Shown here one piece after another: positions 9,040-20,230 of a stretch of 64,000 bases of DNA. This DNA comes from Sphaerobacteraceae bacterium. Lineage in GTDB: Bacteria; Chloroflexota; Chloroflexia; Thermomicrobiales; UBA6265. Both the position numbers and the translations under genes were made by a program. Within the stretch, counting starts at the first letter, position 1. Every line of letters starts with the position of its first letter. The notes under the pieces were generated by a model that had not been told where the DNA came from, ran no database searches, and saw only the letters and a program-made list of their open reading frames with translations. The stretch covers positions 6,749 to 70,748 of the forward strand of contig JADDPH010000051.1 in the NCBI GenBank assembly GCA_016781925.1, given 5' to 3'.

Positions 9040-9294
9040 TCGATCTCCTTTATGGCTCCTGCCGAACCGGCTGCCTAGCAGCAGGTTAGTCGATCCAGCG
9101 ACCGGCGACCTGAGGGAAAACCCTCGGGACAACCGGGGATTGTTCCCCTACGGTCGGATCTTCAAGAGGCGCCCCAGCGTCGACTTGCAGCCCACCGCCT
9201 AACGCAAGAAATCTCCGCGTCCGGAAAGCTCCAGACGTCACCTGTAGACCGGGCCATCGCGTAGGAAGCCGGGCAGCAGTGGGACCAAACGCGG

Positions 9295-9326
9295 AGAGGC
9301 CACCGCGCAACTGCGCGATGGCCTCT
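9295..9326 (-). terminator. Stem-loop after sodC
   Basis: AGAGGCCA (9295-9302) pairs with TGGCCTCT (9319-9326), with an inner CGCGCA/TGCGCG helix. On the minus strand it is followed by CCGCGTTTGG. It lies about 55 nt downstream of the sodC stop. Confidence 0.45.
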
Positions 9327-9381
9327 GCTGGCTTTTCCTGTCACCTCGCCGATCTCGTCGTCGGCACGTGGTGAGGGGAGA

Positions 9382-10167
9382 CTAGGATTCTGCGGGGTCA
9401 GTCGGATCCGTGTCGTTCGTCACCTCATCGCCGTCGCCAACACCGTCGCCGTCGGTGTCAGTGACGGTGGGATCCGTGCCGAGAGCGGCCTCATCTTCGT
9501 CCGTCAGGCCGTCACCGTCCGTGTCGACCGCGGTTGTGGCCGTGGTGGCGGTGGCTGCGACGGTGGCGACCGTGGTCGCGGTCGCGGCGACAGTCGCTGC
9601 TGTCGTGGCCGTTGCGGTGGCCGTTTCCTCGGCAGCGGCCGGAGCGGCGATCACCCCACAGGCAATGCGTGCCCCAAAACTCTCCCCTTCCTCGTCGTTC
9701 TCGTCCTCTTCGGCATGGATGACAATGGATGAGCCATCCTCATCTAGGAGTTCATCGAGGACGAATTGGTCAGTGGTCTCCTCAAAGCTGGCGGTGCCGT
9801 CGTCGTCCGCGGTGATGTTGCCGAGGTCCCCGGCGTGGTCACCATGCTCCTCGTCGGTGGGGTTGTAATGACCGCCGGCGGAGGCGAAGGCCCGCTCACC
9901 GGTCGGATCACATACTCCAGTCTCGTGAATATGTATGCCATGGTCACCAGGGTCGAGCCCGACCGCCACGACGCTGACAATCACCTCATCGTCCTCCTCC
10001 TCGGCGAGGAGGGCGACGCCGATGGTCTTGCCATCGGTGTCCTGAATCAGTGCCGGCAGGGTGCGGCCGATGTCGACCTCCGGAGTGGCATCTTGAGCCG
10101 CAACACTCACGGATGAGCCGCCAAGGAGTACGACCACCATCGCCACCAGCGCAAACAACCGCTGCAT
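9382..10167 (-). CDS. sodC: Secreted Cu/Zn superoxide dismutase fused to a Thr/Ala linker and DxDxDG (thrombospondin type-3-like) calcium-binding repeats
   Basis: The signal peptide is MQRLFALVAMVVVLLGGSSVSVAAQ. SOD ligand motifs are HGIHIHETGVCDP, GGHYNP, HGDHAGDLGNI, VIHAEED and GARIACGVI. The C-terminus reads TATATATTAATVAATATT...VDTDGDGLTDEDE...DTDGDGVGDGDE. The ATG is at 10167, preceded by GGGAGAGGGG. Confidence 0.88.
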   Translation of the reverse strand: MQRLFALVAMVVVLLGGSSVSVAAQDATPEVDIGRTLPALIQDTDGKTIGVALLAEEEDDEVIVSVVAVGLDPGDHGIHIHETGVCDPTGERAFASAGGHYNPTDEEHGDHAGDLGNITADDDGTASFEETTDQFVLDELLDEDGSSIVIHAEEDENDEEGESFGARIACGVIAAPAAAEETATATATTAATVAATATTVATVAATATTATTAVDTDGDGLTDEDEAALGTDPTVTDTDGDGVGDGDEVTNDTDPTDPAES

Positions 10168-10467
10168 GCCCCTCTCCCTCTGCCAGCGGAGTTCCCACCA
10201 CCTCCCAGGCGGCTCCATACCCCGCGGGTCGCGTAGTTTCACCTACCGCATTCCTTTCGTCAAATCGACGTTGGAACCATGGGACCGTATGAGGGGAGCC
10301 GCCGAATGGCAACCCTTCCTCCTGAAAGACCGACGCGGTGAAGAGTCTAGGGAGGTGAGACGACACGACTTGAAATGATCTACTATGAGACGGCTCCGCA
10401 CACCAACTCCTGTGATCACAACTGACCCGTCGCGACAACGTCGGGAAACCAGCGTGGAGGCCCATCC

Positions 10468-12547
10468 ATGGTTTGGCACTCAGCTGGCGCGGTCTCCAGG
10501 CGACGGTTGCTTCACTGGGGTGGCGTGCTCGCGCTGACCGGAGGCGGACTGGCGCTGGCACGATCTGCCTTTGCCGTTTCGCTGAGCGGCGTGTCGGCTA
10601 CCGTCAATGTCGATACGCTCAACGTCCGCTCCGGCCCTGGAACGACGTATGCCATCGTCGGTAAGCTCAGCTACGGGACCAAGATCTCGTGCATCGCGAC
10701 CTCCGGGCAGTGGTTCAAGATCACCATTGGCAGCATCACAGGTTACGTGTTCAGTCCCTACGTCACGCTCGTCGCTGCCTCAGCGGCAGCAAGCATAACC
10801 CGTGGCTTGACGGGCCAGAAGCTGGTCTCGTTGACCTTCGATGCTGGGGCCGATCGTGGTTACGCGGGATCGATCCTCGACACCCTCGCGGCCAGGGGAG
10901 TCAGGGCGAGCTTTGGGATGACCGGCGGCTGGGCGGGTGCCAATGGCGACCTCATCCAGCGCATCTGGCGGGAGGGTCACCACCTCATCAACCACACCCG
11001 CACGCACCGATCCTTCACGGGCTTCAGCACGGGTGCGGCTGCCTTGACGCCAGCGGAACGATTGGACGAACTAGAAACGACCGAGGCGTCGTTGAAGGCA
11101 CTCACGGGGTCCGGGGCCAAGCCGTGGTTCCGTCCGCCCTATGGCGACCAGGATGCCGGCGTCCTGAGGGACATCGCGGCCGACGGCTTTCGGTACAACG
11201 TCATGTGGACGGTTGACTCGCTAGGTATGGAACGGTCTCAGCCGCGACCAGATCGTTTCCCGAATCCTGAGCCAGCACGGGAATGACTACATCTACCTCT
11301 TTCATGTCGGGTCGGATTCGCAAGACGGACCGGCCCTTCCTCAGATCATCGACGGGCTGCGGGGCAAGGGGTACGGCTTCGGCACCATTCCGGAAGTGGT
11401 CCTCGGGACCGCTATGCCAACGCCGACGCCAACCACCACAAGGACGCCCACCGCGACCGCGACGCCTACCGGGAGTTCCACGCCGACCCCGTCAACCGCG
11501 GTCGGGATCTTCAGTGACGACTTCGAGAGCGGTGACCTATCGCGGTGGACGACGGCATCGGGCCTCACTATCCAGAAACAGGAGGTCGCCAGCGGCGCCT
11601 ATGCCGCGCGTGGGACCAGCACGGGCACCCCTACGTATGCCCGCAAGTCGCTGAGCAGCGGCCAGAGCGATCTCTACTACCGGATTCGCTTCAAGATCAT
11701 CAGCCAGGGATCCAGCTGGGTCTATCTGCTCAAATTCCGTACTGGTACCGATGAATCACTGTTCGGAATGTACGTTAGCAGCACCGGGATTCTCTGCTCC
11801 CGGAATGACGTGACAGGCGTCGACGCTGTGAGCGGCACGACTGTGAGCAAGGGCACCTGGCACGAACTCCAGGTGCGACTCCAGGTGAATGGGACGAGCA
11901 GCCAAACGCAGGTGTGGTACGACGGTGCCCAGGTGCCGGGACTGAGTAAGACGGAATCACTCGGGATCTCGCCGATCGGCCGCTTGCAACTCGGCGAGAG
12001 TGCCGCCGGTAACACCTACGATATGGCGTTCGATGCCGTGATTGCCGATGTCGCCTGTATCGGCTCCTGCCCAGTGCCCGGAGACCCGACGGCCACACCA
12101 TCCCCGACCGAGCCGACGCCGACCGCAACCGCCACCAATACCCCACCGCCGGCGAACACGCCGCCACCGACAGCTACGTCGCAGCCGACCGCGACCGGCA
12201 GTCCAACAGCCACCGACACGCCCGCACCGGTGGACACACCCGTGCCAACGTCCACTCCGACACCCACAGCCACGGCAGCGGCCACGCTCGTGATCGATCC
12301 GACGAGCGGTCCTGTTGGCAGTCTTGTCGCAGTCCAGGGATTCGGGTTCACGCCGGATGAGAGGATTGGCCTCGAGTGGGAAGGAACCGTGATGGCTGAG
12401 GCTGTTGCGAACGGCAGCGGTAGCTTCACGGTGCTACTCGAGGTTCCAGGGGCTCCCGTCTCAAAGACCGGACCGAACACGATCACCGCGACCGGGGAAG
12501 TGAGTGGAGAGATCGTTAGCGCACGCTTCCGAGTCGAACGAAAGTAG
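10468..12547 (+). pseudogene. Frameshifted gene: Tat-signal + SH3b + CE4 polysaccharide deacetylase + PT linker + ConA/LamG-like domain + PT linker + IPT/TIG-like domain
   Basis: Frame 1 (10468..11286) carries SRRRLLHWGG (Tat-like), an SH3b domain (VNVRSGPGTTYAIVGKL...GYV), and CE4 motifs TFDAG, INHTRTH, RPPYG and VDSLG. The reading frame must shift by +1 at 11225-11228 (cta ggt A tgg) to continue as WNGLSRDQIVSRILSQHGNDYIYLFHVGS (CE4 motifs 4-5). That frame then runs into the 11396..12547 ORF. The +1 frame is closed by TAG at 11222-11224, which pins the shift site. Confidence 0.8.
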
Positions 12548-12827
12548 GCGCTACACAAGGGCGACCCTCCCCGCGGCTCGCACCGTGGACGGGAGCAGGC
12601 AACCGGCCAAGATGGAAGGAATCGCGATCGCTTCCGGAGCCGCGGGGAGAACCTAAGCGGGCGCGTCCGGCCTAGCGCGCTCCGCTGATCTGGTGTGCCG
12701 TTGCCTCTCCCCGCTGGCGCGTACCACCGTCGGCGCGGTGAAGGGATGCACGATCAGTGGGTCGCGTCGTCGACGCCGACAGCGAGTCTCGCGCCAACGA
12801 GGCCCGCGTACGCTTCGGTTAGCGCAA

Positions 12828-12859
12828 GAAGCGTCCCTGGGCAACCCCAGGGACGCTTC
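12828..12859. terminator. 13-bp perfect hairpin between the deacetylase gene and tRNA-Arg
   Basis: GAAGCGTCCCTGG (12828-12840) pairs with CCAGGGACGCTTC (12847-12859) around a 6-nt loop. It lies 50 nt downstream of the tRNA-Arg 3' end on the minus strand. Neither side has a clear U-tract. Confidence 0.45.
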
Positions 12860-12908
12860 CAGAAAAGCCGATTTTAGACATAACGAGAACCCTATAGACA
12901 ACCGAAAC

Positions 12909-12984
12909 TGGTATGCCCGGAGGGATTTGAACCCCCGACCTCTTGGTCCGCAACCAAGCGCTCTATCCCCTGAGCTACGGGCAC
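12909..12984 (-). tRNA. tRNA-Arg, anticodon GCG as read by eye, CCA encoded
   Basis: The reverse complement reads GTGCCCG TA GCTC AGGGGATA GAGC G CTTGG TTGCGGA CCAAG AGGTC GGGGG TTCAAAT CCCTC CGGGCAT A CCA. This folds into a full cloverleaf with A20 in the D-loop. The anticodon loop is UUGCGGA. Confidence 0.85.
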
Positions 12985-13410
12985 GTGATGGGCGGAGACG
13001 TTTAAATTCAGCGTTTCCATCGGCCGCACGTCCCAGCGTCGACTAGACGCCAGTTCTGGTGCCACACGCTCGCGGCGCAAGCCCAGGCGGGCCTGCAACC
13101 ACGTCCACAGGAAAGATTATAGCCCAACTGAGGCGGGCATGCATGGAGCATCGCATGACGATGGGAGGCGTTGAGTTGCTAGCGGGTCGCCCGACGAGTG
13201 GCATGGTGCGCGATTCGATTTGCATGCACCTGAAGGTTGGGTTCGAAGGCGATTCAAGCTGAGAACGGTCTCGGAGCTGCTGCGCTCGACACGCTCCCGT
13301 GACGATTCTGTGACTGACCGGCCGTATCCCCGTGACGGACTGCTCGTAGCCTCTTATCACACGGGACCCGATCGGCGGTCCGCTGAACCGGCTTTCACAG
13401 GAGACCTTTC

Positions 13411-13647
13411 ATGGCCGCAACGATGCCTCTTCATCCCGCCGCCGCCCAGACTTCTGCCGTTCGCCTCCTTGTTGTCCAAGAGGGTGCCGCGCCGCATCGC
13501 CTTCTACCGGCACCCACGGTGCTGCTCCTGGGCGAATGGCAGGCGGCCCTCCAGGGCGGTAAATCATTCGCCGCGGCCGGATATCGCCGTTTGATCGACG
13601 CGATCGCCGATGAGGAACCGACCTGGGAGGATGCGGAATGGCAATAG
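13411..13647 (+). CDS. Possible small hypothetical protein (78 aa)
   Basis: An AGGAG lies 7 nt upstream of the ATG at 13411. Third-position GC is moderately elevated. I recognise no homology. It sits in an otherwise gene-free 0.9-kb spacer. Confidence 0.3.
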   Translation: MAATMPLHPAAAQTSAVRLLVVQEGAAPHRLLPAPTVLLLGEWQAALQGGKSFAAAGYRRLIDAIADEEPTWEDAEWQ

Positions 13648-13868
13648 ATTTTGCCGTCTGGCGGAAACCTGTGAAGAGGAATCTCAGCAGCGTCGAGGCC
13701 AACATCCGCTAGAAATGCAGCAACTCGGCCTCGTACGGTAGAAATACGGATGTTCGGGCTGTGTTGATTCAAGGCAACACATGAGGAACCCGGCAGACCT
13801 TCAATCATCCCGACCGCCGCCGGATTCGGCGGCGTTGGTCGAGTCGAGGGTCGCTTAGGTGGTCAGGA

Positions 13869-13962
13869 TGGCGGGGAGTGCGAGATTCGAACTCGCGAGG
13901 GAGGTTCTACCCCCCAACCCGCTTAGCAGGCGGGCGCACTAGACCAACTATGCGAACTCCCC
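13869..13962 (-). tRNA. tRNA-Ser (GCU), class II with a long variable arm, CCA encoded
   Basis: The reverse complement reads GGGGAGT..CCCGC CTGCTAA GCGGG..(21-nt variable arm)..GCGAG TTCGAAT CTCGC ACTCCCC G CCA. The discriminator is G. Confidence 0.88.
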
Positions 13963-14121
13963 ACTCCTCGTAGTTTACCACGCGCTCCCGGTCCTTCAAC
14001 CAGTGGACTGCTGGCATGGAGCCGCACAGCGACACGGTCCGGGCCCTGAATGCCCGTCCTGTCCAATGCGCCTGCCAGGGGGCTGAGGCCATTGGGCCAG
14101 ATGCTGTCGCTGGCCATCGGG

Positions 14122-14204
14122 CGGAGAGGGAGGGATTCGAACCCCCGGGGCTTTCGCCCAACTGTTTTCAAGACAGCCGCCTTAAACCGCTCGGCCACCT
14201 CTCC
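14122..14204 (-). tRNA. tRNA-Ser (UGA), class II, CCA not encoded
   Basis: The reverse complement reads GGAGAGG TG GCCGAGCGGTTTAAGGC GGCTGT CTTGAAA ACAGT TGGGCGAAAGCCCC GGGGG TTCGAAT CCCTC CCTCTCC G. The anticodon loop is CUUGAAA. Confidence 0.88.
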
Positions 14205-14426
14205 CTGCCGTCCTAGATTCCCCAGTGGTGTCGCCATTGGGACGTGACTCTGCGTGTTCCCGATCCTCTGTGCTGGATGGCACCGCCGCTCCGGGATCCC
14301 CCGTGCCTCCGCCCCCAACCGCGCGAAAATTGTAGCCTGCTTCGCCTCGCCTCCACAATCGCGGCGTCGGCACCAGCTAACGGCGTCTCGTCGGCGGACC
14401 TGTGCTTTGGGCGCTTGGTGAGCGAC

Positions 14427-15761
14427 TCACGACGATCGACCATCCGCGGTGATGCGCTCCGCCGTATTCCGAGCTGGGCCGAGGGGCGGCTGGGGGCCAA
14501 TTACCGACTGACCTCGGAGATAGGGCTGTAGCACCGACGGAATCTCTATCGTGCCGTCCTCTCGCTGGTAGTGCTCGATGATCGAGATCATGGTACGGGG
14601 TAGGGCGAGACCGGATCCGTTGAGCGTGTGCACGAACTGCGGCTTGCCGCCTGCGGCGGGTCGGTAGCGGATATTGGCCCGACGAGCCTGAAAGTCGCGA
14701 AAGGTAGAACAGGAGGAAACCTCCAGCCATTCCTCTGTCCCGGCCGCCCAGGTTTCCAGGTCCACTTTGTTCGCGGCCGTGAAGGAGAGATCTCCCGTGC
14801 AGATCTGGAGCACCCGGTAGGGGAGCTCCAGTGCCTGGAGGACAGCCTCAGCATCGCGGAGCAGGTGCCGGTGCTCCTCATCCGACGTGTCCGGATGGAC
14901 GAACTTGACCATCTCCACCTTGTCGAACTGGTACCCTCGCTTGATCCCCCGCACCTCACGCCCTCCGGAGAGCTGCTCACGGCGGAAGCAGGGCGTGTAG
15001 GCAACGTGGTAAATCGGGAGTTGCGCCTCGTCCAGGATCTCCTCCCGATAGAGGTTGGTGACGGGCACCTCAGCTGTCGGAATCAACCACTTGTCCTCCT
15101 CCGCATCGTGGAAGAGGGTCTCCGCGAACTTCGGCAGATTCCCGGTGCCGACCAGCATCTCACCAAGCACGAGATAAGGCGGATAGACTTCGGTGTAACC
15201 GTGTTCCCTCGTGTGGAGATCAAGCATCCAGGTGATGAGGGCCCGCTGGAGACGAGCGCCATCACCCCGCAGGACGTAGTTGCGGGAGCCGGCCACCTTA
15301 ACCCCGCGGTCGAAATCGATGATCCCGAGCGCTTCGGCGATCTCCCAGTGCGGCTTCGGCGGGAAGTCGAAGTGACGCTTCGTGCCGTGCTCGGCGACCA
15401 CGACGTTTCCCGACTCATCGGGCCCGACCGGTACATCTTCTGCAGGCAGGTTGGGAACTTGCAAAAGGAGGTCGTAAAGCGCCGAGTCTGCCGCCCGGGC
15501 GTCGTCGTCAAGGCGTTGGATGCTCTCACCGAGCAGACGTAGATTGTCAATCAAGCTCTGCCGCTCAGCGGGGTCTTTGGCGCCCTTGACGAGCTTGGAT
15601 CCCTCATTGCGCTCCGCTTTGAGCGCCTCAACCTCGGTTAGGAGCGCCCGGCGTCGGGCGTCCAACTCCAGGATCTCGTCGATGGGGGCCTCCGTATTGA
15701 GTGTGGCGATTGTCGCGCGCACCTGTTCCGGCTGCTCCCGGATGAGTCGAATATCGATCAC
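14427..15761 (-). CDS. serS: Seryl-tRNA synthetase
   Basis: The N-terminus is MIDIRLIREQPEQVRATI... with a coiled-coil arm. Class II aaRS motifs are present (FRREQLSGGREVRGIKRGYQFDKVE, TLNGSGLALPRT). The GTG start at 15761 has GGAGG 9 nt upstream. Confidence 0.93.
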   Translation of the reverse strand: MIDIRLIREQPEQVRATIATLNTEAPIDEILELDARRRALLTEVEALKAERNEGSKLVKGAKDPAERQSLIDNLRLLGESIQRLDDDARAADSALYDLLLQVPNLPAEDVPVGPDESGNVVVAEHGTKRHFDFPPKPHWEIAEALGIIDFDRGVKVAGSRNYVLRGDGARLQRALITWMLDLHTREHGYTEVYPPYLVLGEMLVGTGNLPKFAETLFHDAEEDKWLIPTAEVPVTNLYREEILDEAQLPIYHVAYTPCFRREQLSGGREVRGIKRGYQFDKVEMVKFVHPDTSDEEHRHLLRDAEAVLQALELPYRVLQICTGDLSFTAANKVDLETWAAGTEEWLEVSSCSTFRDFQARRANIRYRPAAGGKPQFVHTLNGSGLALPRTMISIIEHYQREDGTIEIPSVLQPYLRGQSVIGPQPPLGPARNTAERITADGRSS

Positions 15762-15808
15762 TGGTGCTTACCTCCGGTCCTCGATGGTCGTTCGTCATTA
15801 AACAGCGT

Positions 15809-15835
15809 GGCGCCCCGCACGAAGAGCGGGGCGCC
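15809..15835 (-). terminator. Rho-independent-type terminator after the HNH gene
   Basis: GGCGCCCCGC (15809-15818) pairs with GCGGGGCGCC (15826-15835) in a 10-bp perfect stem. On the minus strand it is followed by ACGCTGTTTAATG. Confidence 0.5.
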
Positions 15836-15882
15836 AACGAGGGAGGCGTCTCGGACGATGTCCGCACGCTCCCGATCGGCTC

Positions 15883-16428
15883 TCAGCGTGGACTGAGCGC
15901 GTAGGCGGGCCTGACGGGCTGGAACCCGGGAAGAAACTTCTGCCAGGATTCGGTGACGTCGGTGTCGAGCCGCCGCTCGATGGTGTAGTACATGCCGGCC
16001 CGTGGTTCCCCGGGCACGGTTTTCAATGCCATTCGGGCCTGCGCCAGGGACTTGCCACCCTTACGGTGGTTGCAGGTCTTGCAGGCGGAGACGAGGTTGT
16101 CCCAGGCATGGGCGCCGCCGCGAGACCGGGGGATGATGTGGTCGATGGTGAGGTCGTGGCCACGCCGCCCGCAGTACTGGCAGGTGTAGTCGTCGCGAAT
16201 GAAGACTTCCCGCCGCGTCAGCTTCACCCGGGGTCGGGGCCGCCGGACCAGGTACGTCAGGCGAACCACCGAAGGCGAAGGGAAGACCCGCGATGCCGAT
16301 GCCACCCCGCGCGGATGGACCTCCAGCACCTCGGCTTTGCCGTCAAGGACGAGAACGAGCGCACGGCGAACGGTGCAGACGTTGAGCGGCTCGTAGTTCT
16401 GGTTGAGTACGAGAACGGCGCTATTCAC
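15883..16428 (-). CDS. HNH endonuclease-family protein
   Basis: The HNH signature is CQYCGRRGHDLTIDHIIPRSRGGAHAWDNLVSACKTCNHRKG. The N-terminal region LVLNQNYEPLNVC is conserved. The GTG at 16428 has a GAGGGAAG SD. The track start at 16479 is an alternative. Confidence 0.8.
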   Translation of the reverse strand: MNSAVLVLNQNYEPLNVCTVRRALVLVLDGKAEVLEVHPRGVASASRVFPSPSVVRLTYLVRRPRPRVKLTRREVFIRDDYTCQYCGRRGHDLTIDHIIPRSRGGAHAWDNLVSACKTCNHRKGGKSLAQARMALKTVPGEPRAGMYYTIERRLDTDVTESWQKFLPGFQPVRPAYALSPR

Positions 16429-16720
16429 CCTGCTGCTTCCCTCTACCGGAGTCAGGGTTGCCGCGGGGGACCTTCGCACCAGGTTCCGGTCGCAACCATC
16501 AGGTCAGCCGACTGGACATTGATAAATCCTAGCACGGTTCTTCTCAGGGGCACAAGCGTTCCGCCGGCGCCTGTTACATCGAACGGAACCCTGCTGAACT
16601 CTCCCAGCCGTGATGCTAGCGACGCCGGATCAGCAGATGAGGGGCAACGCGAACGGGCCGCCACCTGTAGCCCGTTGATGGACGAGCTGGCCGCGCGTGA
16701 CAGAGCCAGACGCGTTGTGG

Positions 16721-19633
<2,913 letters not shown>

Positions 19634-20039
19634 GGGGCGCTGTCCCTGGTGGTGATGGGTCGGCTCGGCGTCGCGAGGGGATCCGAACAAACGATCGCAA
19701 GGGCCGAGTGTACCACGAAACGGGGTGGCCGTACACCCCGAGGGGCATCCGGAGATGGGCGTGGGCGAAGATCACATCAGGCGGCGGGGGAGCTTGCACT
19801 CACCTGTTCGGCAGGTGATCTCGTTCGGAGACGTGCGCTACAGGCGGAGGTAGGGAGCGAGGGGACGTATCCTCGGGCATGGTGAGCGTGCAACCGCCAA
19901 GACCAAGGAGGTCTCCTCGTGGCGAAGTTTAGTCCTTTCGCCCGCCGCCGGTTCGCCCGCGTTGGCACGGGCACCGGTGTTTGCTTGCGCTGCCGGCTGC
20001 CCCGCACAGCGTGGGGCCTGCCGAACGCCCTTAGTGCAC

Positions 20040-20073
20040 CGTCACCTGAAGTGATGGATGGAGGAGATTGAGC
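20040..20073 (+). repeat. Copy A of a ~35-40-bp repeat (inverted partner at 21794-21829)
   Basis: The sequence is CGTCACC--TGAAGTGATGGATGGAGGAGATTGAGC. It matches the reverse complement of 21794-21829 with 25 identical core positions and a 2-nt indel. Confidence 0.8.
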
Positions 20074-20230
20074 TTGATGCGGGCATGGGCGGCCGCATGC
20101 GCCAATCGATCCCCGATCTGGGGCCACTGCGCTGCTCAATTTCGGCCGCGGCCTCGGTTTCAAGGGGCGCAAACATGGGAAAGCAGTAACTCACTCTCCC
20201 GCATCTCTTTACGAATGATGGTGACCGAAC

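Noticed and set aside
9530-9640. Tandem-looking GC-rich short repeats (also 11400-11480 and 12080-12290)
   Set aside because: They encode Thr/Ala or Pro/Thr inter-domain linkers within good reading frames. They are not a CRISPR or VNTR array. They have no repeat-spacer structure.
10474-10489. Sigma-54-like promoter TGGCAC-N5-TGGC (GG-N10-GC spacing correct)
   Set aside because: It lies inside codons 3-8 of the deacetylase gene (W-H-S-A-G-A of the Tat signal region). No downstream gene is positioned to use it, so it is probably coincidental.
19963-19988. TTGGCACGGGCACCGGTGTTTGCTTGC, resembling a -24/-12 promoter
   Set aside because: The GG to GC spacing is off by one for the better alignment and by seven for the other. 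Sigma-54 promoters are spacing-strict, and no gene follows on the plus strand.
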